A stretch of 64,000 nucleotides of DNA, taken from Octopus sinensis. Taxonomy: Eukaryota. The DNA lies in the NCBI RefSeq assembly GCF_006345805.1, contig NW_021833870.1:2778-66777 (forward strand), read 5' to 3'. The notes beneath the pieces were generated by a model that saw only the letters and a list, made by a program, of their open reading frames with translations, did no database searches and was not told the DNA's origin. Shown here piece by piece: positions 38,981 to 51,845 of the stretch (the stretch's first letter is position 1; every line of letters begins with the position of its first letter). A program made the translations under genes and the position numbers.

Positions 38981-39090
38981 GACGTAGAACTCAACGAGAA
39001 ACGAAAACGGAAAAGCTATTTTTTTACAACAGAAAAACAGACGTGGAACTCAACGAGAAACGAAAACGGGAAAACCATTTTTTTACAACA
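38981..39090 (+). repeat. 59-bp tandem duplication
   Basis: gacgt(a/g)gaactcaacgagaaacgaaaacgg at 38981 and 39040. Confidence 0.85.
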
Positions 39091-39152
39091 TATATATATA
39101 TGAAGACGGAGAGAGATACATACAAGCATACGGGGTGAGAGAAGGAGAGGAA

Positions 39153-39197
<45 letters not shown>

Positions 39198-39224
39198 ATA
39201 TATAACATCCTAATTAAGGATTTC

Positions 39225-39405
39225 AAATTTTGACACAAGGTCAGCCAATTCGGGGGTACGCGCGGATAAGTCGATTACATCGGCCCCGAAAAGATGAAAG
39301 ACAAAGATGACCCAGGCGGAATTTGAACTCGGGACGTAAAAACAGACGAAATGCTGCTAAGCATTTTTCCCAGCGTGCTATCGGTTCTGCCAGCTCACCG
39401 CCATA
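39225..39405 (-). mobile_element. Family-1 SINE
   Basis: tttgacacaagg..gtcgattacatc..cccgaaaagatgaaagacaaag..ggaatttgaactc..ctgccagctcaccgcc. Confidence 0.8.
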
Positions 39406-39549
39406 GTAGTCCTATATATTAATATGTATGTGTATATCAAAATCACAAGTATGTGTGTGTATATATGTACGTGTGCATGTGTGTGTCAGTGTGCGTATGT
39501 ATATGTGTAGTGTGTGTGTGTGCGCGATGTGTTTATCTACCTTTCGTAC

Positions 39550-39783
39550 ATATATTCTCTTTATTCTTTGACTTGTTTCATCCATCTGACTGCGGCCAGG
39601 TGGAGCACCGGCATTAGTCGAGCAAATCGACCCCAGAACATTATTTGTAAACATAGTACTTATTCTATCGGTCTCTTTTGCAGAAAGTCATAAACACGCC
39701 AACATCGGTTGTCAAGCGATGGTGGGAGGGACAAACACAGACACAAACACATAAATCTATACATATATATATATATGTGTATG

Positions 39784-39816
<33 letters not shown>

Positions 39817-39990
39817 GTATATACATATATACGGCGGTCCTCTTTCAGTTTCCGTCTACCATATCCACTTACGAGGCTTTGGTCGGCCCGAGGCTGTAGT
39901 AGAAGACACTTGCCCAAGGTACCACGCAGTGGGACTGAACCCGGAACCATATTTTGGGAAGCAATCTTCTTACCACACAGCCACGTCTCA
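39550..39990 (-). mobile_element. Family-2 CORE-like SINE with internal microsatellite
   Basis: cttgtttcatccatctgactgcggccaggtggagcaccg..agaagacacttgcccaaggtaccacgcagtgggactgaacccggaacc..ttaccacacagccac. Confidence 0.85.
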
Positions 39991-40470
39991 AAATTTACAA
40001 TTGTATGTGTGTGTACGTGTGCGTGTGCGCGCGCGCTGCTTTTGTCTACCTTTCGTAAATATATGTGCGTCTGTAAAATAAACTGTCTTCTTGTTTGCTA
40101 CATACGAAACAGGCGCTCTTAAAAGACGGCCAAACCACAAAATTCGTGACAAAACCCCATTAATGTTGTCATTTGCTCTTCGTTGTCGATGACATCTCTT
40201 CTCTAACACGACAACAATGAAATATGTTTATTAGACATACCAATATACATCGATAGGCTCGAGTATAAATGATTATGGATAAACGCCATTTCAGTAAACA
40301 TCTAACTGGAGTAGAAGCAAGACACATTAGTTGTATGAAAAATGTGATATGATTCAGACAATCTCTTTTGTAATGGTTTTTGTTCGTTAATTTCATCACG
40401 AACAAGAAAAACTGAAGTTCTATACACACGCACGCGCACACACACGCGCACACGCACACACACACGCACA

Positions 40471-40514
<44 letters not shown>

Positions 40515-40574
40515 CATACATATATATATATACATATGTATGCACGTATGTATATATATATATATGTATGTATT

Positions 40575-40623
<49 letters not shown>

Positions 40624-40656
40624 TAATATATAATAATGATAAATCTCTGAGCGGGG

Positions 40657-40687
<31 letters not shown>

Positions 40688-40692
40688 GTGTG

Positions 40693-40734
<42 letters not shown>

Positions 40735-40961
40735 AAAAGAAGCGTAGATTCAGCAATAAGTTAGAAAGCAGTAGAAATATTGGTCTTAAGTAATTTTGAT
40801 GATGTCATTAGGCGAGGAAAAAGTGAAGAGTAAAAGTAAAGAAAACCACAGGCACCAATGATAAGAGTAACATGATAGGTGGTTTACTTGTTAATTAAAC
40901 GAATGATGTATAGGTATATACACGTATGTGTGTGTGTGCCTGTGTGCTTGTTGTATGTATG

Positions 40962-41000
<39 letters not shown>

Positions 41001-41165
41001 GTACGTACATACATACATACATAAATGTACACACACACATTTATATCTACATGTGTGTGTGTATGCATGAGCATGTAGACATATTCATACATAACTACAT
41101 CTTTCGATCCCCATCGCCATATATTATGTGTTCAAATATTAATGTATATATATGCATATATATAT

Positions 41166-41211
<46 letters not shown>

Positions 41212-41391
41212 AAGATTTTCTTAAACTGAAGTCCTTCGTTATATAAGAGAAATCTTTAAATCACGTTAACACAGACAGACCTGGTGGATTTTGCACGAGC
41301 GCTTTTTCTGTTATTTACAGGCTTTCAAACGCAGATGACACATATATGGAAGCAGGCAAATACACATGCACACACACGCACGCACACACAC

Positions 41392-41441
<50 letters not shown>

Positions 41442-41604
41442 TGACGTAAATATTAATGATTTGTTGATACATATAGTATATTATGCTTGTATAACGAAAT
41501 ACCACGTACCTACAAATTATCAATGTTTACGTACCGTCTTCAGGAATTCGTTTAATATGTAAGCTGGTAATACAGTTCTATATTTAAGAGATGAGGAATT
41601 ATGT

Positions 41605-41745
41605 ACATTATTTAAATTATTTACATTTGCGGATATTTGTCTTCAGCTGTTTGTTGTTAACACAACGTTTCGGCTGATATACCCTCCAGCCTTCATCAGG
41701 TGTCTTGAGGAAATTTCCGAACCTGTGTCCTAAGGAATTTTTCGA

Positions 41746-41788
<43 letters not shown>

Positions 41789-41809
41789 TATTATTATTAT
41801 TATTCAGGT
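41605..41809 (-). mobile_element. Headless inverted copy of the family-3 element with an intact hammerhead motif (41659-41704)
   Basis: The minus strand reads gacac CTGATGA a ggctg-gagggtatat-cagcc GAAA C GTT gtgtt; tail caaatgtaaataatttaaataatgt. Confidence 0.8.
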
Positions 41810-41810
41810 T

Positions 41811-41936
41811 ACGGGCATATGGCGTAGTATTTAAGAGCGCGAGCTACAAAAACCAAGATTCCGAGTGCGATTCCAGGCTGTCACCTGAATAATAACAACA
41901 ACAATAACAACAACAACAACAACAACAACACAAATA

Positions 41937-41998
<62 letters not shown>

Positions 41999-42159
41999 CA
42001 ACAACAACAACAAAAACATTGAAAAATACCTTAGGAATGAGAACCCAGGTTCGAAATTTCCCCAAGATACCTGATGAAGTTATATCAACCGAAACATTCT
42101 GTTAACAACAAAGAAGAGGAAGACGAATATCTGTCAAATGTAAATAATGTAAATAATGT
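41811..42159 (+). mobile_element. Full-length family-3 element (hammerhead stem II deleted)
   Basis: acgggcatatggcgtagt.., B-box-like gagtgcgattcc, (AAC/AAT)n, cctgatgaagttatatcaaccgaaac, tail tgtaaataatgtaaataatgta. Confidence 0.8.
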
Positions 42160-42589
42160 ATGCAAATTGATATATCCAATAACTTAACACTGCTGTACAC
42201 GGGGGCTACATAAGCAATGTATTCGGAAGCGAGAATGGGTTAAATGGATGCTGATGAAGGGGCAACAACCCCCGAAATATGGCATATACACTCAATACCC
42301 ATTTTTGCCTTCGGTCTCATTGTTTGTTTACATCTGCCGTCTTGATACAAAACGTAACAAAAAATCAGTGCTGGCTATAATGTCTACAGTATAACTGTAG
42401 AAAGAACCTTCACAAAATAACGTAAAGAGCACTGCTAATGCAGTGGGACGTAGAGTTGAATTATAAAAACATTTAATATACGTTATAGGATATTTATGGT
42501 TGCATAACGAATATCACGTACCTACAAATTATTAATATATATATATATATATATATATAGATATATAATATATATGATTCGCTCCGTTG

Positions 42590-42742
42590 GGCTGCTAAAA
42601 TCTACAAGTTTTTCTCATTTTTACTTTCTGAAAGAGCGTATTCGAAACGTGAAAAGACTTTTTCATTTTTCCCGAGCGTCAAACTAATACACTCGCTTGT
42701 TGTTCGTACACCTGTTTTCGTTTTTGTTTTCTATAATTTCAA

Positions 42743-42745
<3 letters not shown>
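42590..42745 (+). mobile_element. PLE terminal repeat related to family C
   Basis: actttctgaaagagcgtattcgaaacgtgaaaagactttttc..ccgagcgtcaaactaatac..aatttcaact; homologous to 55940-56090. Confidence 0.6.
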
Positions 42746-42775
<30 letters not shown>

Positions 42776-42801
42776 TTCTTCCTCTCTCTTTCTCTCTCTT
42801 C

Positions 42802-42852
<51 letters not shown>

Positions 42853-42909
42853 CACACATACACTTACACACACAAAAGCTCAAGCGCACACGCATGTTAG
42901 TGTATGTGC

Positions 42910-43480
42910 GTATGGCAAGTGTTGAAGCCCATGAGCAGTGCCAGTGTACTGTGGTGCCAGAGTCTCTTGTTCTTCAGCATTGATTGCAACAGAGCGGTCA
43001 TATGGTATTGGATAAAAGACCATCAAATTTTCATGAAAATTCTGTACTGTGATTAAAAGACCAACGCACAAACTGAAATCAAAGTTTAAGGACTTGAACA
43101 AGAATACACTGGAGAAGATCAAGTGGTTGGAAAATGGATGGAGAAACATCGCTCTCAATGTTTCATTTTGGAAGAAAGCAGTGCAAGATGGGCGGAGGGA
43201 ATTCGAACAAAATCCTATCAGGCTTGAACTGGTCAAGAGCGATGTATTTAAGGGTCTTAATATGAATTAGGCTATGTTGGTACATAGGGCAATTTAATAT
43301 GTAAAGAGGGGAGGCATGTCTAAGTCGGGTCGGCCTTTGACATCATCAGGGAGTCACACACACACAGAAGTTATGAACTTTGAATTATGCAATATCTCTA
43401 CATGCGGTGAGTGTGGAAACGAATGTGCATTATGAAGAGGACTGGAACATCATATGAAGCTTCACCAAAACAGTATTGCT
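42910..43480 (+). pseudogene. RTE-like LINE 3' fragment
   Basis: GHMVLDKRP..KRPTHKLKSKFKDLNKNTL..WRNIALNVSFWKKAVQDGRREFE, later CGECGNECAL*RGLEHHMKLH (RTE C-terminal zinc-finger-like motif). Confidence 0.65.
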
Positions 43481-43811
43481 ACACCTGCTTAACGGGTCAC
43501 CCATCGTTGCCGCATCTGTTGAAAAGAGTGTAAGACCCTAGTTGGACTGAAATGCCACTTCAGTTCTGCTCTTGTTTAAGAGCATAATCAAACAGCATTA
43601 CTCAAAATCGAGTTCCAATTGTTATCGATCATGTATGTATAAAAGGAATGCTTTTATAAATATGAAAAAAATTAAATAGAAACTGAGGAAAGGACTCACT
43701 ATAAGTTTTAAATAATTTGATGACAGTAACCTCGAAACTGTGCCTACGGCTGGCGTCATCTGATAAGAACTACTAAGCGAATCTTAGAAGCCATTGTCGA
43801 TAATATTACAT

Positions 43812-43847
<36 letters not shown>

Positions 43848-44221
43848 ATGTGTGTGCGAGTATTGTGTGCATGTAAGTATATGTGTGTATACATACATAT
43901 AAACACATAAAACATGTACACACGCAGACACACTCACACGTACGCATACACGCACACGCACATATATGCATGTATATACGTATACGGGCATATATTGTAT
44001 ACACATATATACTTATCATATATCTATATGTGAATGTGTCTATGTGCTTGTGTATGCAAATGTGTGTGCATGTGTGCATACACATGCATATGTGTGTATA
44101 CGTGCATGTGTGTGTAAGTAAGAAATAGACAGAGCGGGAAGAGAGAGTGTGGGAGAGGGAGTGAGTGAGAGAGAGGGAAGGAGGAAGAGAGAGAAAAGAG
44201 AGAGGGAGAGAGAAAACAGAG

Positions 44222-44252
<31 letters not shown>

Positions 44253-45097
44253 GAGTGAGAGAGAGAGAGAGAGAGAAAAGAGAGAGAGAGAAAAGAGAGA
44301 GAGAGATAATGATGTTGCTACCAACTTTGGCTTTCACGGTATTAATGAAATACGACGAGCGTTTAAAATAGAAAATTTGTGAAATCCTTCCTATTTAAGC
44401 GCACTGAACGCAGAGCAAGATTTATTTGGATTTTTATTAAAAACGTTATTTTATTAAAAACGTTCTGTAGACGGCTTCATACAGCACGGCGCCAGTCAAG
44501 GATCATTCCTTCGTCCAGTCTTATTTATAATTTATATATATGTATACGGGTGGGTGGGTTTTCCGCACTGTCTTGCACCAAATTATGTGTATCTAGTCGT
44601 TTCAATGATGATATTAATCCTTTAGAGCCAAAGGTAATTAAATAAATATAAATCATCAATTTGACTAATTTGAGGTGTGGATTACTTCTCACAGGATATC
44701 AGAAAAAAAACACCAGAAATAAACTGAATTACTTTAATTCATGATGACTGCCACCGAAATACGGATGTATGAGATGCATAACAAACACCATTTGCAAGCG
44801 CGTTGACGTCGGTACCCCACTTATAAGACTCGCTCATTGGATTGGTGCTTCCAAAGTTCATATATAGGAATTTGAAGCAATAGGCTGGAAACTATACGGG
44901 GAATCATCTCAGAAAATGGAACTCAAAATAATCGACACTGTGTGTCATCTCGATCTTCTCCACAACAGCGTATCTTTAATTGGCTTTCACTTTTCAGTCA
45001 AAATGTTTGGAAAAGTGCTGGTCATATATCTTTTATCATTTACTTGTTTCAGTCGCTGAGCTGCAGTCATTGTGGGGCACTGCCTTGAAGGATAGAC

Positions 45098-45530
45098 CAG
45101 TGGTTCTCAACCGGGTTCCATATGACCCCTGAAGGTCCACATCAAATTTTGGAGGGGTCCGCACAACAAAATAGTAAATTGGGGATCCACAATAGTATTT
45201 TAAGGGCTCCTGAAAAATTTTGCTTTAGACATAGATATGGATGCGTATTGCAAGAAACAGCTAGGTTTCTTTCTCTAAAATTTTATATATATTTCTTTAT
45301 TGCCCACAGGGGGCTAAACATAGAGGGGACAAACAAGGACAGACAAAGGGATTAAGTCGATTACATAGGTCAACCTACACAAGTTAATGTGTGAAAACAT
45401 TAATGAATATATTAATAAATAGCATTAAAAAAAACTAGTTTATAAACATCGAATGGCTACGGGGGGGGCACCAGAATAAAATAGCAATCAAAGGGGGTCC
45501 ATAGATTTCAAAAATGGTTGAGAACCCCTG
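45098..45530. mobile_element. hAT (Charlie-like) MITE containing a family-1 SINE tail and inserted in an older family-2 SINE
   Basis: TIRs cagtggttctcaacc / ggttgagaacccctg; flanks ggatagac / acttagac; SINE tail at ~45290-45368; host SINE pieces at 45040-45097 and 45610-45890. Confidence 0.75.
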
Positions 45531-46117
45531 ACTTAGACCAAGGAATCTACCACACTACTTAAAGTCTTCAAGTCTTGCACTCATCCTATCCGTTTTTATT
45601 TAAAAATGAATAGCTAAGTTACGGGGATCTGAAGAAACCAACATCACTTGTCAAGCGGTGTAGTGAGACAAATAGAAGCACGAAAATATTTAACCACATA
45701 GTTACAAAGACATACATTCATCCACACACATATTCATGTATATATGGGATCAGTTTCCGTACAGTTTCTGTCAACCAGATCATTCAAAAGGCTTTGATCA
45801 ACCCGGGCTATAGTAGACGACACCTACCCAAAATCTCGAACAGTAAGACTAAATCCGAATCAACGTGGTGGCCAAACGAGCTTCTACCTCTTCCAGTATG
45901 TACATAATAAAGTGATAGGAATAATGGGAAAAAAATTCAGGGATTCTACATTGCTTCTTTACTATTTTATTCTTTTACTCTTTTACTTGTTTCAGTCATA
46001 ATTCTTCATCTCTTAAATAGAGAATGATTTATTTTAATTGCATACTTTTCTGTTAGTAAATATGCTTCTCCTTACATACACACACACACAAAATCTCTCT
46101 CCCTCAATTTCTCTCTT

Positions 46118-46225
<108 letters not shown>

Positions 46226-47095
46226 TCACACAATTTTTTTGTTGCTTAAATCCGGGCAATGGACCAGCCTTCTGCTAAGCATTCCATAATCATCATCATT
46301 CCACAAAATGTATGAGGAGAAAAATATTGAAAAACATCAATATATGTGAGAGTGATAGAGAAACAAGGAAGGTGGTTATAGGATGTGCTGGAAACAACAG
46401 CCAAATCTTCCTTAGCTCGCACACATTTTCGTCTGAAAATATTTTCAAATCCTTTTTTTTCCTTTTTACCGGAGGGTGGTGGTGAAGGGGTTGAGGTGAA
46501 AAAAAAAGCATAAATTTTCAAAAATTTGTTTTCATAAAAAAAATCCCCACTACTACCCCACGCCATGCTCCCATCATTTCGAAGGCCGTGGTGAAAAACA
46601 ATTTGAAAAGTTCCCCTGAAAACGGTAAAAATCCAACTTATGTGGGCGTCGTGATCCGAAACTCTGCCAAAAAATAATAAAAAAAAAGACCCAACCCCAG
46701 TCAGGTCCTGAGGTCCTGAAGTTGAATTTCTTCGTTTGTCCCTCTCACTTTCTCTCTTACTCTTTCACTTTTGATTTTAGCTGACACGATGGTCACTTGT
46801 AAAAAGACATGCAGATGAGGACACCGAAAACTATTTATATATTTTAACAGCAAAATTTCATGACAACACTCTACAACAATATTACTGCAACACCATCCTA
46901 AATAAGCTCTGTCTGTTTCATTCGGCCTCGGCATGTATATGTACGATATACAAAATCTAGATGTTTAACCCAAATGTCACGACAACTCAGGAATGAGTAT
47001 AATAAAACTATTTGGGATCGTTAACTTCTAAAGGGAATACTAAAATTGGTTTTCTTTGTTTATCAGAACATTTTATTTGTGTAAACAAAATATGC

Positions 47096-47164
<69 letters not shown>

Positions 47165-47502
47165 ATATATATATGCAAGAAAATTTATCTATAAAATCTA
47201 AAAGACTAGTATGGAATAAAAACTGAACAAAAACCTAGCAACAATCAGACGGTCTACTCTTGTCATGTTCTTGTTCAATATTCCTTCCATACTTCCATTC
47301 GACACAAAGAGCGACGACATTTAATGGCTACCATATATTCTATCAAAGCTTGTTACATGTTCAGTACAATGAACTGTTGATTTTCAAATGATGATATAAT
47401 ATATTCAGGATTTTGCCTTGCGAGACATGGCGTCCTGTGTCTTATGTTCAGCTGTGTATTAAAAGTCTATAAACAGTAGGATGTGTTTTGTGATGGTCCT
47501 GT

Positions 47503-47720
47503 GGATGCGCCTGGCTTAATGGTTAGGAATGATGCAAGATCACGGTTTCGATTCCGGAACTAGGCTGTGCTTCATTTTATGTTGCTCCAGATCATTTAGC
47601 TGTAAATGCACAACCTTGCATTCAGGGCGAGTGCTTGGATTCCGGTTACTTATTCGCCAAAGAAACAGGATAAGCGGTCCAATGAGCCTTAGAACTCAAG
47701 GCGACTTCACTTACAGCACC
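47503..47720 (+). mobile_element. Degraded tRNA-derived SINE (family 4-like)
   Basis: gcgcctggcttaatggttagg (A-box), ggtttcgattcc (B-box), ttttatgttgctccag. Confidence 0.55.
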
Positions 47721-48122
47721 CAATTTTGCTGATCTTGAGCATAAATGACATACAAGCCACACGTCCATTGTTTCAGCATTTCTTGCCGAAAAGATTGTGG
47801 CTATAATTCAACAGTTGTCACATAATACGAGAAAATCCTCTGGTAAAAACGGGAGCAAAATTTTATGAATAATATATTTATGCAGCTATGAAGTAATAAT
47901 ATAGCTATATAGTGTTGTATATATAGTTATTAATTAATATATAAATAATAAATAAATTTATTAATCTAATTTACATCGACTATTTTTTATCGATTATAAT
48001 AAGTAAAGATTACAAAAGAAAATTTTCAGAAATTGCATAAAAAGTCGGATTAAGCCCATTGGCAGCTTTGCTGATTTGGGCAGGTTGGTAGGAGGTAAAA
48101 AATAAAAAATAAATTAGTTAAT

Positions 48123-48321
48123 ACTCTTTTACTTGTTTCAGTCATTTGACTGAGGCCATGCTAGAGCACCGCCTTTAGTCGAGCAAATCGGCCCCAGGAC
48201 TTATTCTTTGTAAGCCTAGTACTTATTCTATCGATTTCTTTTGCCGAACCGCTAAGTTACGGGGACGTAAACACACCAGCATCGATGGTCAAGCGATGTT
48301 GGGGCGACAAACACAGGCACA

Positions 48322-48398
<77 letters not shown>

Positions 48399-48540
48399 TT
48401 ATACATATATACGACGGGCTTCTTTTCAGATTCCGTCTACAAAATCCACTCACAAGGCTTTGGTCGGCCCAAGACTATAATAGAAGACACTTGACCAAGG
48501 TGCCATACAGTGGGACAGAACCCGGAACCATGTGGTTGGT
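48123..48540 (-). mobile_element. Family-2 CORE-like SINE
   Basis: ctcttttacttgtttcagtcatttgactgaggccatgctagagcaccgcc..aaggtgccatacagtgggacagaacccggaaccatgtgg. Confidence 0.88.
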
Positions 48541-49429
48541 GGTCAAGGCTGGAATGCCTTTGATTAATAGGTCTTTTCTAGCAGTACTTACCTGTACCAA
48601 ACAAAAGCAAAACAAAAACGATCGAACTAACGCGGACACAGCAGAACCACCTCAACAAGAATAACAACGCCAACGCCTTTCCCCACCACCACCACCACTA
48701 CCATCACCACAACCATTCGCTCCACTCTCCCATCCACCATCACCACCACCACCACGACCACACCGCACTCCCATCGCCACTACACTCCTACGACTGTCAC
48801 TGTAAGGAAATTGTAATGATATTTGGTTAGTCAACTTTTCAATGGAGTGCATTTGAAGGACTTGTTAACTTTAATAAACAATGAACAATATATTGTGTGT
48901 TCTGGTGCAGAAGAACTATAAAAAGAAGGAATGATGGGGAGAGGGAGAGGGAGAGGGAGAGAGGGAGGAGGTACCGATATAAAGGAGGGGGAGGCATTCA
49001 GAGGGACAAAGAGTAGGAGAGGGAGGGGATGTGGAAGAGATAATGGAGGGGAATGAAAATGTTTGCGATAGAAAGTCAAAATAAAAAAATAACTATTTCA
49101 ATACCTATGTGTGTGTATGTGTGTGTGTGTGTACATATGTGTGCGTGTGTGCGTGTGCCTGTGCGTGTGTGTGCATGTGTGTGTGTGTTTCGTGTGTGTG
49201 CGTGTGTGTGTGCATATGTGTGTGTGTTTGTGTGTGTGAGTGCATGTGTGCGCATGTGTGCGCATGTGTGCGCATGTGTGCGTGTGCGTGTGTGTGTGTG
49301 CGTGTGTGTATGCATGTGTATATACATATATTTGTACGTATGTATATACATATGTTAGTGTATATGCATGTGAGCGTGTATGCAGTGCGTGTATGTGCGT
49401 GTGTCTGTGTATGAGGACTTGTAGCTGAA

Positions 49430-49545
49430 TTGGGAATTTGTTGCATTCAAGACCGGAAGGTCGTGGTTTCGATTCCTAAACCAACCGGCGAGTTGTGTCC
49501 TTGGGCAACGCACACCTTTCCTGTTTGCTCCAGTCTGTCCAAGAG
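49430..49545 (+). mobile_element. tRNA-derived SINE head/core fragment (family 4-like)
   Basis: ggaaggtcgtggtttcgattcc..gttgtgtccttgggcaac..ttgctccagtc. Confidence 0.55.
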
Positions 49546-49685
49546 AACTAGCCAAAAAAGAGTACCACCATGGTCTTGATGCTGATCTCTTTCCTCCCAC
49601 TTCTCACATCCTCAAAGCTCCACTGGGTTGGAAAGAAAGGAGCCAAGAGATTGTATTTGCTAGGAGTGTTTACAAACCACTATAT

Positions 49686-49894
49686 CAGTGGTTCCCCAAT
49701 TTTTTCGGGTTACCACCCCCTTGACACCCAAGCCACATTTCTACTGCCCCCCAAAAACTTAACCTAATGAATCCATTATTTTGTTGTTTTCACATGAATC
49801 GCTACCCCAGAATCGCCTCACTTTTCTTCAACGCCTCTGAGAACTTCCCCCCCCCCCAGTGGGGTAACATTACTGCCTACTTTGGAAACCACTG
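49686..49894. mobile_element. hAT MITE with an 8-bp TSD
   Basis: TIRs cagtggttcc..aa / ttggaaaccactg; TSD cactatat (49678-49685) / cactacat (49895-49902). Confidence 0.85.
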
Positions 49895-50257
49895 CACTAC
49901 ATCATACTCACTTGCGAATGATAGCTCGACCGTTCGCTTGGTCAGTCGGTTTTTTTCTTTTCTTTACTCTTTCTTTCTGCAATTCCTGCCCCACATTTCA
50001 ATTTTACATTCAGCTCCTGGTTTGTCTTATTGTTCTGCATTTAAACCCGAAAGGTCTAAGATGGCGCGTCTTGATTCTGATGTATTGCAAAAGGCTTTCT
50101 ATCTATCAAAAACCGTTCCTGCTATTCATCATTTGGTTATATTCCCCTTCTTATCCTTACGTTTCTTCTTTTATATATTGTCTCCTCCTTCTCATAACTC
50201 GTCCTTTTTACTGTTTAGCCAAGCGACCTTGCTAGATGTCTAAATGTTTTTAATTTC

Positions 50258-51075
50258 TTAAAGGCGGCAGTATTTCGTCTGTCTTTACATTCTGAGTTCA
50301 AATTCTGCCAAGGTGGACTTTGCCTTTCAACCTTTCGGGGTCGATAAATTAAGTAACAGTTGCGTACTGGGGTCCGTCTAATCGAGTGGCCCCCTCTCCC
50401 AAAATTTCGGGCCTCGTGCCTAGAAACGTTAGCACGCCGGGCGAAATACTTAGCAGTATTTCGTCTGCCTTTACGTTCTGAGTTCAAATTCCGCCGAGGT
50501 TGACTTTGCCTTTCATCCTTTTAGGGGTCGATAAATTAAGTACTAGTTGCGTATTGGGTTTGATCTAATCGACTGGCCCCTTCCCCCCGAATTTCGAGTT
50601 TTGTGCCTAGAGTAGAAAAGAATATTTTTAGTTTTCTTAAAGGCGGCGAGCTGGCAGAAACGTTGGCGCGCCGGGCGAATTGCACAGCGGTATTTTGTCT
50701 GCCGCTACGTTCTGAATTCAAACTCCGCCGAGGATGACTTTGCCTTTCATCCTTTCGGAGTTGATAAATTACGTACCAGTTACGGACTGGGGTCGATATA
50801 ATCAACTTAATCCCTTTGTCTGTCCTTGTTTGTCTCCTCTATGTTTAGCCCTTTGTGTGCAATAAAAAATTAAGAAACGTTAGTAAGTCGGACGAAATGC
50901 TTAGTGGTATTTCGTCTTCCGGTTCTGAGTTCAAATTCCGCAGAGGTCGACTATGCCTTTCATCCTTTCGTAGTCGATAAATTAAGTACCAAATGTGCAC
51001 TGGGGTCGATCTAATTGACTGGACTACTCCCTCAAAATTTCGTGCTTTGAGCCTCGAGTAGAAAATATTATTTTT
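50258..51075 (+). mobile_element. Tandem tetramer of the family-1 SINE
   Basis: Four cores (ttctga.ttcaaa.t..gactttgcctttca) with the same junction types as 30866-31715. Confidence 0.88.
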
Positions 51076-51311
51076 AATTTTCTTTTATGTCAGAAGTCAC
51101 GTGTCTTTTTATGAGTTTGTTTGCGTGTAGATTTTAGCATTGTATTGCGACGTGCATATGGTTTCTATAATTAACCTCCTGTTTTCGTGTTGAATTTTAT
51201 AAAATATGGAAGTATTCTCCTCTAGCATTTTATGTAAGACAAACTAATTAACACGTGGCTGTTGATGCAAACGGTCAATAAACCATTGGCGGGAAAGTCA
51301 ATTATAAGATA

Positions 51312-51614
51312 CTAGCAGTATCGCCCGGCGTTGCTCGGGTTTGTAAGGGAAATAACTATATAAGCATTTTTAGAGAGTTACTTCCCTTATATAATAGCAA
51401 AAAAATGCATTAAAAATGGGAAAAAATGATGATAATTTTTTTTTAAAATCGTAGACTCATCGTAGACGCGCGCTAATACCCAGAAGGGTTCGATATGAAT
51501 CACGACTATAAGATACCCGCTTTTGGTTAAACTGCACCGCAAAATGTGGGAGTAGTTAGGAATCTAAATTGTAGGAGACAGACACTCTCACAACTTCAGT
51601 TTTATATATAAAGA
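51312..51614 (-). mobile_element. Non-autonomous Helitron
   Basis: The minus strand starts A|TCTTTATATATAAAA and ends with hairpin cccgagcaacgccggg + CTAG|T; its 5' region is homologous to 6465-6690. Confidence 0.85.
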
Positions 51615-51804
51615 TATCATATACCGCCATTTGTAACACAACCATCAACATCTCCAATGCCATCGCATTACCACCACTGTGATCATGAAAAACACAACCA
51701 TTACCATCACAACATATCAACAGCCACTACTATACCTATTGTCATCACAAACACCAAAATAAATACTACTGCCATCGCCGCCGCGCCACCACCAAGACAA
51801 TCAC

Positions 51805-51845
<41 letters not shown>

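Noticed and set aside
43693-43703. GACTCACTATA, part of the T7 promoter
   Set aside because: Only 11 bp match, the upstream TAATAC is missing, and there is no vector context.
46781-46960. Acceptor-like tttgattttag followed by a 59-codon open frame
   Set aside because: No homology and no strong donor; insufficient support.
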